64,000 bases of DNA from Luteimonas sp. (GCA_035444805.1 DAOMPM010000006.1:1069-65068); one strand, 5' to 3'. Shown: positions 35,908 through 50,764, counted from the stretch's first letter. Notes: a model not told the origin generated them from the sequence alone. Numbers and translations: made by a program.

Positions 35908-38751
35908 ATGCCCTTCCAACGCTCACTGATCGCCGCCGCGATCGTCTCAGCGCTGTCCCTTTCGCTTGCCCAGAACGCCTCCGCCACCAGCGACCAGAGC
36001 ACCACGGTCACCGCCAGTGACAGTGCGGGCACCGTCCATGGCCAAGTCCGCGCCTCCAACGTGGGCGTCGCCCTCGACGGCGCGATCGTCACCTTGGGGA
36101 ACCGCCAGGTCGCCACCTCGGGCAACGGCAACTTCCGCCTGACCGGCGTCAGTCCCGGCCACCACCTGGTCCGCGTCGACTACCTCGGCTATGTGGCCCA
36201 GGAACTCGAGATCGAGGTCGTTGCCAACCGCGGCGCGCGCGTGGACGTGATCCTGGCCAGCACCGTCGGCGTCACCGATCTGGATACGCTCGATGTCCGC
36301 ACCGCCCGCGACGCCCAGGCCCTGGCCCTGAACCAGCAGCGCGCCTCCACCAACTACGTCAACGTGGTCTCGGCCGACCTGCTGGGCCAGTTCCCGGACA
36401 ACAATATCGCCGAGTCCACCCAGCGCATCCCCGGCGTATCGATCGAGCGCGACCAGGGCGAAGGCCGCTACGTGACCGTGCGCGGCGCGCCCAAGGAATT
36501 CACCACCGTCACCATGGACGGCGTGCAGCTGGCCAACCCGGACAACAGCAGCCGCGGCGTGGAGCTGGACACCATCCCGTCCGACGCGATCGCGGCGCTC
36601 GAGGTCACCAAGGCGCTGACTCCGGACATGGACGGTGACGCCATCGCCGGCAACATCAACATCCGCACGCAGAGCGCGCTGGACCGCGAGGGCCTGACCT
36701 TGCGCGCCTCGGCGGCCATGGGCGAGTTCGAGCTCGGCAGCGGCGCCAACGAGCGCTACAACGCCACCATCGGCAACCGCTTCGGGCCTGATGGCAACAT
36801 CGGCGTGATCATTTCCGCCTCGCGCAGCAAGCAGGAGCGCTTCACCGACAACGTCGAGGCGACGTTCGCCGACTTCGACGGCGAGATCATGCCCGAGGTG
36901 GTCGAGATCAAGGACTATGAGGGCACCCGCACCCGCACCGGGCTCACCGGCCGCTTCGACTTCCGGATCAATCCGGACCACCTCGTCTACTTCATCGCCT
37001 CCGATTCGAACTTCAAGGACCGCGAGTTCCGCGACACGCTTGCCATCGAGCTGGAGCGCCACGAAGCCGGATCGAACGACGTCAGCGGCGTCGCCGGCCG
37101 CGCCACCTTCGACAAGGAGCTGCGCGAGCGCACCTACGACAAGACGATCCGCACCTACAACCTGGGCGGCGAGCACTGGGTGGGCCAGGACTGGAAGCTC
37201 GACTGGCAGGTCGCGCAGAGCACCGCCGAGAAGACCACCAGCCCGCGCGACCAGTTCATCTTCCGCTCCACGGTGCGGCCGCGGATGGCCTACGACTACA
37301 GCAATCCCGACTTCCCGGTGTGGACGATCCTGGGCAGGGCCGACGCTCCGGCCACCGGCGTCAACCTGCCGGAGGACTGGTACGCATTCCGCCGCCTCAA
37401 CCAGCGTTACGAGTACAGCGAGGAAGAAGAGACCAGCTTCAGGCTCGACCTGGGCCGGGCGCAGACCTTCCTCGGCGAGAGCGGCGACATCAAGTTCGGC
37501 GTGCGCGCGCGCCTGCGCGACAAGATGTTCGACGACGAGCGCAGGCGCAACGGCAACGCGGGTGATTTCAACGCGCTGGGCGTCAGCTATGCCGACATGC
37601 TGCAGGACAGCTGGTCGAACAACTTCGACTACTTCCTGACCGGCCGCCGCTTCAGCCGCTACATCTTCGGCAACTACGCCGGTCCGCTGCAGCAGAGCAG
37701 CAACCACCAACTGCTGCTGGCCGATTCCACCACCGCCGACTACAGGGCCTCCGAAGACGTCTACGGCGCCTATTTCCGCATCGACGCGACCTGGGGCAAA
37801 CTGACCCTGGTCGGCGGCGCCCGCTACGAGCGCACCGAGCTGGACGGCAGTGCCGCCGAATTCAACGAGGAGACCGAAGAGTTCACCCAGCTGCACGCGA
37901 GCCGCAGCTACGGCCACTTCCTGCCGAGCGTGCACCTGCGCTACGAGATCGACCGGGACACCATCCTGCGCACCTCGTACTCCACCGGCATCAACCGCCC
38001 CGACTTCATGCACACCGCTCCCTACCGGATCATCGGCGAGAATCCGTGGGACGACATCACGGTGGGCAATCCGGACGTGGAAGCGGCCTATGCACACAAC
38101 TTCGACGTGTCGTTCGAGCGCTACCTGCGTCCGCTGGGCCTGCTCTCGGCCGCGGCCTTCTACAAGCGCATCAACGATCCGCTGTTCATTGCCAACAGCG
38201 TCGAGAGTTGGGAGGTGGTGGATCCCGACGACGGCTCGGTGGAAATCGTCAACCAGCGGATCACCCGTCCTGAGAATGGCGACAAGGGCAGCATCTATGG
38301 CCTTGAGCTGACCTGGCAGCAGACCTTCGACAAGCTGCCCGGCGCACTCAGCGGCCTGGGCATCTACGCCAACTACACCTGGGCCAAGTCCAAGGCGGAC
38401 CTGCCGTTCGGCCTGGGCGAAACCGAGCTGCCCGGCACCTCGCGCCACAACTACAACCTGGCGCTGACCTACGAGAAGGCCGGCTTCAACGCGCGCCTGG
38501 CGTACAACCGCCGCTCCGAATTCATCCAGGAGTTCAACATCACCAACCCGGAGCTCAACATCCTTTGGGATGGACGTTCGAGCCTGGACTTCACCACCAG
38601 CTACCGCTTCAGCAACGGCCTGGGCATCTTCGGCGAGGTCAACAACATCAACGACAGCCGCCAGGTCCGCTACCAGGGCGAACGCAACCGCGTGCTGGAA
38701 ATGGAGGGCTTCGGCCGCTCCTGGCTGGTCGGACTGCGCTACGACTACTGA
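35908..38751 (+). CDS. TonB-dependent receptor with N-terminal carboxypeptidase-regulatory-like extension (phytase-associated type)
   Basis: NIAESTQRIPG, DQGEGRYVTVRG, KALTPDMDGDAIAG, GNPD, C-terminal LRYDY. Confidence 0.92.
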   Translation: MPFQRSLIAAAIVSALSLSLAQNASATSDQSTTVTASDSAGTVHGQVRASNVGVALDGAIVTLGNRQVATSGNGNFRLTGVSPGHHLVRVDYLGYVAQELEIEVVANRGARVDVILASTVGVTDLDTLDVRTARDAQALALNQQRASTNYVNVVSADLLGQFPDNNIAESTQRIPGVSIERDQGEGRYVTVRGAPKEFTTVTMDGVQLANPDNSSRGVELDTIPSDAIAALEVTKALTPDMDGDAIAGNINIRTQSALDREGLTLRASAAMGEFELGSGANERYNATIGNRFGPDGNIGVIISASRSKQERFTDNVEATFADFDGEIMPEVVEIKDYEGTRTRTGLTGRFDFRINPDHLVYFIASDSNFKDREFRDTLAIELERHEAGSNDVSGVAGRATFDKELRERTYDKTIRTYNLGGEHWVGQDWKLDWQVAQSTAEKTTSPRDQFIFRSTVRPRMAYDYSNPDFPVWTILGRADAPATGVNLPEDWYAFRRLNQRYEYSEEEETSFRLDLGRAQTFLGESGDIKFGVRARLRDKMFDDERRRNGNAGDFNALGVSYADMLQDSWSNNFDYFLTGRRFSRYIFGNYAGPLQQSSNHQLLLADSTTADYRASEDVYGAYFRIDATWGKLTLVGGARYERTELDGSAAEFNEETEEFTQLHASRSYGHFLPSVHLRYEIDRDTILRTSYSTGINRPDFMHTAPYRIIGENPWDDITVGNPDVEAAYAHNFDVSFERYLRPLGLLSAAAFYKRINDPLFIANSVESWEVVDPDDGSVEIVNQRITRPENGDKGSIYGLELTWQQTFDKLPGALSGLGIYANYTWAKSKADLPFGLGETELPGTSRHNYNLALTYEKAGFNARLAYNRRSEFIQEFNITNPELNILWDGRSSLDFTTSYRFSNGLGIFGEVNNINDSRQVRYQGERNRVLEMEGFGRSWLVGLRYDY

Positions 38752-38775
38752 CCACCGCGGTCGGCAGGACGGACA

Positions 38776-38798
38776 GGCCGGGGAAACCCGGCCCTTTC
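38776..38798 (+). terminator. Probable terminator hairpin after TBDR-2
   Basis: GGCCGGG-GAAA-CCCGGCC followed by CTTTC. Confidence 0.6.
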
Positions 38799-38805
38799 GT
38801 TGGAT

Positions 38806-38887
38806 AAAACCGGGGTCAGAGTCGATTTTCCCCTGGAGCCGCCAGCTGCCGACTGGTGCCGGGAAAATCGACTCTGACCCCGGTTTT
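38806..38887. repeat. GGGGTCAGAGT-type inverted repeat element
   Basis: Perfect 27 bp IR AAAACCGGGGTCAGAGTCGATTTTCCC / GGGAAAATCGACTCTGACCCCGGTTTT. Confidence 0.9.
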
Positions 38888-38939
38888 GGCGAGCCTCCGG
38901 ATTTGATGCAGACTTCCGGCATCGCAGGCCGGAGCCACC

Positions 38940-39572
38940 ATGAAGATCGTCGAAGTCCGGCACCCGCTGGTGCAGCACAAGATCGGCCTGCTGCGCGATG
39001 CCTCGCTCAGCACCAAGGGCTTCCGCGAGCTGGTGACCGAACTGGGCACCCTGCTCGCCTACGAGGCGACCGCCGACCTGGCCACCGAACCGGCGCTGGT
39101 GCCCGGCTGGGCCGGCGAGGTGCCGGTGCGGCGCATCGCCGGCGCCAAGGTGACCCTGGTGCCGATCCTGCGCGCGGGCCTTGGCATGCTGCCGGGCGTG
39201 CTGGCGCTGATCCCGGCGGCGAAGGTGAGCGTGGTCGGCCTGCAGCGCGACGAGGAAACGCTGCAGCCGGTGCCCTACTTCGAGAAGCTGACCGGCCGCC
39301 TTGACGAGCGCGACGCGCTGATCCTCGACCCGATGCTCGCCACCGGCGGCACCCTGGTCGCCACCATCGACATGCTCAAGCGCGCCGGCGCGCGCCGGAT
39401 CCGTGGCATCTTCCTGGTCGCCGCGCCGGAAGGGCTGCAGGCGCTGGAGGCCGCGCATCCGGACGTGGCGGTCTACACCGCCGCGATCGACGAGCGGCTC
39501 AACGAGAAGGGCTACATCCTGCCGGGCCTGGGCGACGCCGGGGACCGCATCTTCGGCACGCGCATCGGCTGA
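38940..39572 (+). CDS. upp: Uracil phosphoribosyltransferase
   Basis: [39 protein letters not shown]. Confidence 0.98.
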   Translation: MKIVEVRHPLVQHKIGLLRDASLSTKGFRELVTELGTLLAYEATADLATEPALVPGWAGEVPVRRIAGAKVTLVPILRAGLGMLPGVLALIPAAKVSVVGLQRDEETLQPVPYFEKLTGRLDERDALILDPMLATGGTLVATIDMLKRAGARRIRGIFLVAAPEGLQALEAAHPDVAVYTAAIDERLNEKGYILPGLGDAGDRIFGTRIG

Positions 39573-39841
39573 ACCAGCGGCGCCGCTCGTGCCTTCCGGG
39601 GCCGACGGAACGATCCTGCCGTCCCGGATAAGCCGTGTGGTGCCCGTCGTGGGGGAGGGCCTGGGGCAGACGGTGCGGCTGGATCGACGGGAACCGCCGA
39701 CCCAGCCGAACCTGCGCATGCTCCCAGCGTTTCCTTGCGAGACCGCTCCTGAAGGCATCCATCCGTGAAGCCGACGCGACCACTTGTCGAAGACTCGGCC
39801 ATGAATGCCCCTCGCGCAACGGGTCAACACCGGCACGGGAC

Positions 39842-39955
39842 GTCAGCATCACTGACAACGCCAGAATTTGCCTCATCATTCCAGATACCTGCCGAATCTT
39901 GTCAACAAGGCTGGACAAGCGTTGCCAGTATTGCTGACAGGTCAGCATCGCTGAT
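39842..39955. promoter_or_regulatory. Two copies of palindromic operator GTCAG-N5-CTGA(C/T)
   Basis: GTCAGCATCACTGAC (39842-39856) and GTCAGCATCGCTGAT (39941-39955), upstream of an XRE regulator and flanking a leftward TTGACA (39900-39905). Confidence 0.55.
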
Positions 39956-40006
39956 AACATGGCCACGTCCGGTCGCATGGAGCCTCCGGACCACAGGGGA
40001 CAAGGC

Positions 40007-40390
40007 ATGAGGCTGAGTACACGCATCCGGACCGCGCGGGTCCGCGCCGGCCTGTCGCAGGCGGGACTGGCCGAGGCGCTCGGCGTCAGCCGCAGCGCGG
40101 TCGGCAACTGGGAAAGCGCCAAGACGCGCGTGTTCCCGTCCACCGAGCGCCTGTCCGAGCTGGCCCTGGCCACCGGGGTGTCGTACGAATGGCTGGCCAC
40201 CGGCCGCGGGCTGCCGCAGGCGTCCTACGACGGCATTCCCGCCGCAGACGCCGAGTTCGTGGACGACCCGGTCGAGCGGCGCCTGCTGGAGGGCTTCCGC
40301 GCCTGCAGCGAATCCTTCCAGCAGGCGATCCTCACCGTGATCGAAGCGCAGTCGCCACAGCGCACGCGCCGGCCGCGTTCGGCGGGTTGA
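40007..40390 (+). CDS. XRE-family helix-turn-helix regulator
   Basis: RIRTARVRAGLSQAGLAEALGVSRSAVGNWE...GVSYEWLATGRG. Confidence 0.9.
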   Translation: MRLSTRIRTARVRAGLSQAGLAEALGVSRSAVGNWESAKTRVFPSTERLSELALATGVSYEWLATGRGLPQASYDGIPAADAEFVDDPVERRLLEGFRACSESFQQAILTVIEAQSPQRTRRPRSAG

Positions 40391-40403
40391 GCCGATCCCG
40401 CAT

Positions 40404-40481
40404 GCAGGAGCGGGCGATGCCCGCGACCCGCCGCGACCGGTGCATCATCGCCGTCCGGTCGCGCCCATGGGGCGCTCCTAC
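40404..40481. repeat. GTAG-type REP doublet (78 bp)
   Basis: GCAGGAGCGGGCGATGCCCGCGAC...GGTCGCGCCCATGGGGCGCTCCTAC. Confidence 0.88.
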
Positions 40482-40517
40482 GCGAGCGCACCTGCGCGCA
40501 GCCAGCCACCCCTCTCA

Positions 40518-40913
40518 TCAACCGCCGGCCAGCACCCGCCACAGGCCGGTCACCGCCATCGCCAGCAGCACGGCAAAGGTCAGCAGCGCACCGGAGAAGC
40601 GGCCGACCGAATAGCCGGCCGAGCCGGACAGGCCGATCGCGTGCAGCACGCGCGCAGCCAGCAGCGCCAGGCCGAAGGTCCACAGCAGGCCGGCGCCAAC
40701 GCCCGACAGCTCCAGCAGGGCCAGCATCAGCAGCGCCAGCGGCACGTACTCGCCGAAGTTCGCGTGCACGCGCACCTTTCGGGTCATTGCGGCATCGTCA
40801 CCGGTGCCGACGCCGATGTGGTGCGCGCGCCGGTGCAGCGAGACCCGCAGCGACAGCGCGACATACAGCAGCACGTGCAGCGAAGCGACCAGCAAGGTGA
40901 TGCGAGGCGTCAT
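40518..40913 (-). CDS. MAPEG family membrane protein (YecN-like)
   Basis: GVGTGDD...[11 protein letters not shown]...ARVLHAIG; four TM helices. Confidence 0.88.
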   Translation of the reverse strand: MTPRITLLVASLHVLLYVALSLRVSLHRRAHHIGVGTGDDAAMTRKVRVHANFGEYVPLALLMLALLELSGVGAGLLWTFGLALLAARVLHAIGLSGSAGYSVGRFSGALLTFAVLLAMAVTGLWRVLAGG

Positions 40914-41812
40914 GCGCGATCCTCCCCGTGCAGCGGCCGCGCGGAGAGGCGCGGTACCTGGTGGGCGGCAACGTAGCGGCCCTTGTCGTCGCGCCCGATG
41001 CGGACCAGCGCGGTTCCCGGATCGTGGGTCAGGAACAGGTGCACGTCGCGCGCCAGCTTGTCCGCGAGGAAGTCCTGCTTCTCGTCGATCAGCAGCTCCG
41101 GGCAGCGGTCGTAGCCCATGGTGATCGGCACGTGCAGCCAGGGCAGGCCGGGCACGAGGTCGGCGCAGAACACCACGCCGCCATGTGGCCGGCCGTTTCG
41201 CAGGTCCGGGCCGAGGATCTCGGCCAGCATCATCCCCGGCGTGTGCCCGTCGCTGTAGTGGAAGCGCACCGCGTCGCCGAGCGACGGCGTGCGGTCGCCG
41301 TCGACGAACTCGATGCGGCCGCTGGCCTCCAGCAGGTCCGGCAATTCCGGGATGAAGCTGGCGCGGTCGCGCGGATGCGGATTCCGCGCACGCTGCCAGT
41401 GGCGGCGTCCGAGCACGAAGGTCGCGTTGGGAAACAGCAGCTCCGGCGCAGCGCCCTCGCGCCATGGCGCCAGCAGGCCGCCAGCGTGGTCGAAATGCAG
41501 GTGGCTGAGCACGACCACGTCGATGTCGGTGTGCTCGAAGCCGGCCTCGCGCAGCGAGTCGAGCAGCACGTGCTGCCCTTCGGCCACGCCGTAGCGTTCG
41601 CGCAGCTTCGGATCGAAGAACGCGCCGATGCCGGTTTCGAACAACACGGTCTTGCCGTTGAGCGGCGTGGCCAGCAGGCCGCGCGTGGCGAGGTGGATGC
41701 GGTTGAGTGCGTCGGGTTCGGCCCACTGCGTCCACATCGCGCGCGGCGCATTGCCGAACATCGAGCCGCCATCGAGCCGCTGCGAGTTGCCTTCGATCGA
41801 CCAGAGTTTCAT
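40910..41812 (-). CDS. MBL-fold metallo-hydrolase
   Basis: [29 protein letters not shown]. Confidence 0.92.
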   Translation of the reverse strand: MKLWSIEGNSQRLDGGSMFGNAPRAMWTQWAEPDALNRIHLATRGLLATPLNGKTVLFETGIGAFFDPKLRERYGVAEGQHVLLDSLREAGFEHTDIDVVVLSHLHFDHAGGLLAPWREGAAPELLFPNATFVLGRRHWQRARNPHPRDRASFIPELPDLLEASGRIEFVDGDRTPSLGDAVRFHYSDGHTPGMMLAEILGPDLRNGRPHGGVVFCADLVPGLPWLHVPITMGYDRCPELLIDEKQDFLADKLARDVHLFLTHDPGTALVRIGRDDKGRYVAAHQVPRLSARPLHGEDRA

Positions 41813-41899
41813 GGCTGGGCTCCTGGCGTCATCCTGGATGACGATATCCCTGCAAGCGGCATTCCCGCAAAGCCTGCCCCCGCGGGCCACCGCGTATCC

Positions 41900-42024
41900 A
41901 TTCACGATCAAGGCGACAAGCGTAGGAGCGGGCCATGCCCGCGACCCGCGGCGGCCGGGGCATCACGCGACCCGGTCGCGCCCATGGGGCGCTCCTACAC
42001 CATTGCATTTTCTTGATCGCGCGT
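41900..42024. repeat. GTAG-type REP doublet (77 bp core 41922-41998) with outer inverted flanks
   Basis: Core as at 3172; flanks ATTCACGATCAAG / TTGATCGCGCGT. Confidence 0.9.
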
Positions 42025-42029
42025 TGGCC

Positions 42030-44585
<2,556 letters not shown>

Positions 44586-44595
44586 GGTCGTCACG

Positions 44596-45084
44596 TCACT
44601 TGGCTTCGACGAAGACGTAGTCGACGCCGGCCGGTTCGACTGCGGCCTTGACACGCTCGTTGTTGGCGGTGTCACCGATGAACAGCACGCGCACACCCTT
44701 CATCGTGTTGGCGGGCACGCTCTCGAAGGCGGCGACGACCATGTCGGCGGTCTTGGTCGGGTCGAGGCCGGCGTAGGCCAGCATGTTGCCCTTCACGATG
44801 CCGCGGCCGACGTCAGACTTGGCCTTGTCCTCCAGCCGTTCGTACTCGCCCGGATCGCTCTCGTTGACCAGCGCCGGCACGCGGTAGACATACAGATTGC
44901 TGGACGGGATGTCGCCCAGGTGGCGCGGCACCTGGTCGCTGAGGTAGTCGTTCCACGCCGCCTTGTCGTCGGTGGTCGGCACCGCGACCGGCGCCTTCTC
45001 GACCTGCGCGGCCTCTTCCTTCTTGCATGCCGCGAACGGCAGCACCAGACAGGCGGCCAGCGCCAGGCGGTTGATCAGTTTCAT
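44596..45084 (-). CDS. Hypothetical lipoprotein
   Basis: FAAC lipobox-like signal; normal codon usage; SD GGAG. Confidence 0.8.
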   Translation of the reverse strand: MKLINRLALAACLVLPFAACKKEEAAQVEKAPVAVPTTDDKAAWNDYLSDQVPRHLGDIPSSNLYVYRVPALVNESDPGEYERLEDKAKSDVGRGIVKGNMLAYAGLDPTKTADMVVAAFESVPANTMKGVRVLFIGDTANNERVKAAVEPAGVDYVFVEAK

Positions 45085-45123
45085 CTCGGTACTCCGTGGT
45101 GTGATGTGGTGTGGTGGACGATA

Positions 45124-46267
<1,144 letters not shown>

Positions 46268-46332
46268 CGGGGCGGAAGGGGCGCGGGTGCTAGCATGGCG
46301 CCATTCTCGCGCACTGCCGACGCTCCCCACGC

Positions 46333-47489
<1,157 letters not shown>

Positions 47490-47493
<4 letters not shown>

Positions 47494-48818
47494 ACGCCAC
47501 GCCAGGCCAGGCCGGAGCCCCGCGGGCGCGCCGGCGCTGGCTGCGCTGGCTGCTCGTGCTGTGCGCCATCCCCGTGGTGCTGGTCGCGCTGCTGTGGCTG
47601 GTGGTGTGGCTCGTGCTGCCGCCCGAACGCATGGTGCCGATGGTGCTGGCGCAGATCGGTTCCTCGCTGAACCTCGAGATCAGCGCCGAGGGCGATCCGG
47701 CCTCGCACCTTGGCGACAGCCCCACCTTCGTCGTGCGCAACGTGGTCGCGCGCGAGCCTGGCGCGGAGCGGCCGCTGCTGGAGGCGCGACGCGTCCTCGT
47801 CGCCCTGCCCTGGCACACGATCCGCAGCCTTGGCGACACGCTCAACCTGGTGCGCATCGAACTCGAAGCCCCGGTGCTGGACCTGCCCGCGCTGCAGCAC
47901 TGGCTGGCCACGCGCCCGCCGGGCACGGGCCGGCTGCCGACGCTCTCGGACGGGCTGCGCGTGCACGCCGGTCGCGTCGAAGGCGGAACATGGCGGATCG
48001 AGGCATTGGACCTGAGCCTGCCGCAGCTGCATCCGGACCAGCCGCTGCGCGCACGCGCCGAAGGCCGCTACGACGACGGCGCGACGCAGGCACCGTTCCT
48101 GTTCGCCGCCACCCTGATGCGCCCGTCCAGCGGACGCGGCTTCGGCCTTGCCGGCACGGTGGCGCCCACGCGCGAGGACTGGCGGCTGCCGGCGTGGATC
48201 ACCCTGTCCGGCGCGCTGCACTGGGACGAGGGCCTGCGCCTGCTGCCGGCGACGTTCGGCGCCAGCGCGCGCTATCAATCGCCCAATACCGATCTGCCCT
48301 TCTCGCTCGGCCTGCACGGCCCGCTGCGCCGGCACGACGGCGCCTGGACCCTGTACCCCGCCGGCCTCGTGCTGCGCGGCGGCGGCCGGGTGCCCACGCT
48401 CGACGCGCACGGCAGGATCGCGCTCGGCCAACGCCTGCTGTTCGAACTCGACGGCGACATCGCGCAGTGGCCGGCGGACTGGCCGGCCCTGCCGCCGCCG
48501 CTGGGCGACTCGCGCGAACCGCTGGCGCTTTCCGCCAGCTACCTCGGCGCACCGGACCTCACCGACCCGCTGGCCCTGCGCGTGACTCGCCACGACCCCT
48601 TGTCAAGTACGGGGCAGGATTTGAGCTTCGACGGCCGCCTCGACGTCCCCGCGCTGGCCGCGTGGATCGCCACGGACGAGCGCGATTCCCTGCTGCCCCC
48701 GCTCAGCGGCCGGCTGCAGGCGCCGCGCGTCGAGATCTCGGGCGCGCAGCTGGAGGGCGTGGTGATCGATTTCGACGATGACGATGACGCCGGCGCAACG
48801 GACGCATCGCCACCATGA
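47490..48818 (+). CDS. AsmA-like envelope protein
   Basis: N-terminal TM anchor then extended beta-rich domain; GTGA-coupled to ftsY and ATGA-coupled to mutY. Confidence 0.6.
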
Positions 48819-49885
48819 GCGCGATGCCGCCCACCGATTCCTTCGCGTCGCGCCTGCTGCAGTGGTTCGACGTCTCCGGCCGCCACGACCTGCCCTGGCA
48901 GCATCCGCGCACGCCGTATCGCGTCTGGCTGTCGGAAATCATGCTGCAGCAGACCCAGGTGCGGGTGGTGATCCCCTACTTCGAGCGCTTCACCGGCGCC
49001 CTGCCCGACGTGCCCGCGCTCGCCGCCGCCTCGCTCGACGAGGTGCTGGCGCTGTGGTCGGGCCTGGGCTACTACGCCCGCGCGCGCAACTTGCACGCCG
49101 CCGCGAAGCTGTGCGTGGAATGGCATCGCGGCGACCTGCCGCGCGACTTCGACGCACTCGTCGCCCTGCCCGGCATCGGCCACAGCACCGCCGGCGCGAT
49201 CCTGGCGCAGGCCTGGGGCGAGCGGTTCGCGATCCTCGACGGCAACGTCAAGCGCGTGCTGTGCCGCGTGCACGGCGTCGAAGGCTGGCCCGGCTCGCCG
49301 CGGGTCGAGAAGCGACTGTGGACGATCGCCCGCGACCACGTCGACGGCGTGCCCGCCGGACGCATGGCCGACTACACCCAGGCGCAGATGGATTTCGGCG
49401 CGACCCTGTGCACCCGCCACGATCCGGCCTGCGTGCTGTGCGTGCTGCAGGACGATTGCGTCGCGCTGCAGACCGGCCGCGTCGAAGCGCTTCCCACGCC
49501 CAAGCCGGCCAAGCCCCTGCCCGAACGCCAGGCACTTGCGCTGCTGCTGCGCGACGCCGATGGCCGCGTGCTGCTGCAGCGGCGCCCGCCCACCGGCATC
49601 TGGGCCGCGCTGTGGTCGCTGCCCGAACACCCCGACCACGACGCCGCGCGCGCATGGTTCGGCAGCCACGTCGGCGATGGCTACGACGACTCCGAAGCCC
49701 TCGACGTCATCGCCCACGGCTTCACCCACTACCGGCTCACCCTGCAGCCGCTGGCGTGGCGCGGCGTCACGCTGAAGGCGGCGGTGCGCGATGGCGACGA
49801 CCAGCGCTGGATCGATGCCTCCGACCTTTCCGCCCTCGGCATCCCCGCCCCGATCCGCACGCTGCTGGAGCAGCAACTCGCGTAG
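48815..49885 (+). CDS. mutY: A/G-specific adenine glycosylase
   Basis: WLSEIMLQQTQV, GLGYYARARN, LPGIG, DGNVKRV, CTRHDPACVLCVLQDDC Fe-S motif. Confidence 0.97.
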   Translation: MSAMPPTDSFASRLLQWFDVSGRHDLPWQHPRTPYRVWLSEIMLQQTQVRVVIPYFERFTGALPDVPALAAASLDEVLALWSGLGYYARARNLHAAAKLCVEWHRGDLPRDFDALVALPGIGHSTAGAILAQAWGERFAILDGNVKRVLCRVHGVEGWPGSPRVEKRLWTIARDHVDGVPAGRMADYTQAQMDFGATLCTRHDPACVLCVLQDDCVALQTGRVEALPTPKPAKPLPERQALALLLRDADGRVLLQRRPPTGIWAALWSLPEHPDHDAARAWFGSHVGDGYDDSEALDVIAHGFTHYRLTLQPLAWRGVTLKAAVRDGDDQRWIDASDLSALGIPAPIRTLLEQQLA

Positions 49886-49958
49886 GAGCGGCCCATGGCC
49901 GCGACCCGGGCGGCATCGCTCATCGGAATTGCGGGTCGCGCGCATGGCGCGCTCCTAC
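49882..49958. repeat. GTAG-type REP doublet (77 bp), variant arms
   Basis: GTAGGAGCGGCCCATGGCCGCGACC...GGTCGCGCGCATGGCGCGCTCCTAC; contains mutY stop TAG. Confidence 0.88.
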
Positions 49959-49990
49959 AATAGGCGTTCCGTACTTTCCGGATGGCAGCG

Positions 49991-50272
49991 ATGAGCCGCA
50001 CCGTTTTCTGCGAATACGAGCAGCGCGACACCGAGGGCCTCGCTTTCGTGCCCTGGCCCGGCGACCTGGGCAAGCGCGTGTTCGCGCACATCGGCAAGGC
50101 CGGCTGGGCCGCGTGGCTGGCGCACCAGACCATGCTGATCAACGAGAACCGGCTCTCGCCGCTCGATCCCAAGCACCGCGCCTTCCTCGAAGAGGAGATG
50201 CAGAAGTTCCTGTTCGGCGGCGGCGCGGACAAGCCCGCCGGCTACGTGCCGACGATCGACGGGAATCCGTAG
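49991..50272 (+). CDS. yggX: Fe(II)-trafficking / oxidative damage protection protein
   Basis: MSRTVFC...PGDLGKR...[11 protein letters not shown]...[11 protein letters not shown]. Confidence 0.95.
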   Translation: MSRTVFCEYEQRDTEGLAFVPWPGDLGKRVFAHIGKAGWAAWLAHQTMLINENRLSPLDPKHRAFLEEEMQKFLFGGGADKPAGYVPTIDGNP

Positions 50273-50299
50273 GGCCGCCCGGCTCCGACCGAGGGCGTC

Positions 50300-50764
50300 C
50301 TACTCCTCCGGCACCTCGGCTTCGCGCTCCTCGACGCGCGCCGCGCGCAGCTCGTTCTCCGACGCACGCAGCGCCTTGACGTCGAGCGGACGGATCTGCG
50401 CGATGTGGCAGGGGAAATTGATCGAACCCTGGCTGCGGACGAGGACCTTGTCGAACCGCGCGTAGACGCTGCTCATGTTGCTGGTCAGGCCGATCGCGGG
50501 CGTGAACCGGAGGTCCTGGCAGGGCCCCGTCAGGTCGAGCAGCCATGCTTCCCCCGGCCGCGTCCACACCGCGAGCGCGCTGTCGCCCAGCGGAGTCCAG
50601 CCGTTGAGGCTGCCGAAGAACCTGAAGCTGTTCACCGGCTCGCCGGCATGCGAGTCGTACAGGGACAGCTTCTCCTGGTCGCTGAGCTTCGCGCCAGTGG
50701 CGCAGCCGGCCAGGGCCAGGACCGCCGCCAGCGCCGCGACCATCGTCGACTTCATGGCGTTCAT
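50300..50764 (-). CDS. Conserved lipoprotein (DUF6491-like)
   Basis: LAGC lipobox; WTPL...LLDL..PC..L.F...IGLT...D.V...C.I..I pattern; SD GGAGG. Confidence 0.7.
   Translation of the reverse strand: MNAMKSTMVAALAAVLALAGCATGAKLSDQEKLSLYDSHAGEPVNSFRFFGSLNGWTPLGDSALAVWTRPGEAWLLDLTGPCQDLRFTPAIGLTSNMSSVYARFDKVLVRSQGSINFPCHIAQIRPLDVKALRASENELRAARVEEREAEVPEE

Noticed and set aside
39499-40200. 233-aa reverse ORF as the XRE target gene
   Set aside because: It overlaps both upp and the XRE gene on the opposite strand, lacks motifs and has non-coding-like composition.
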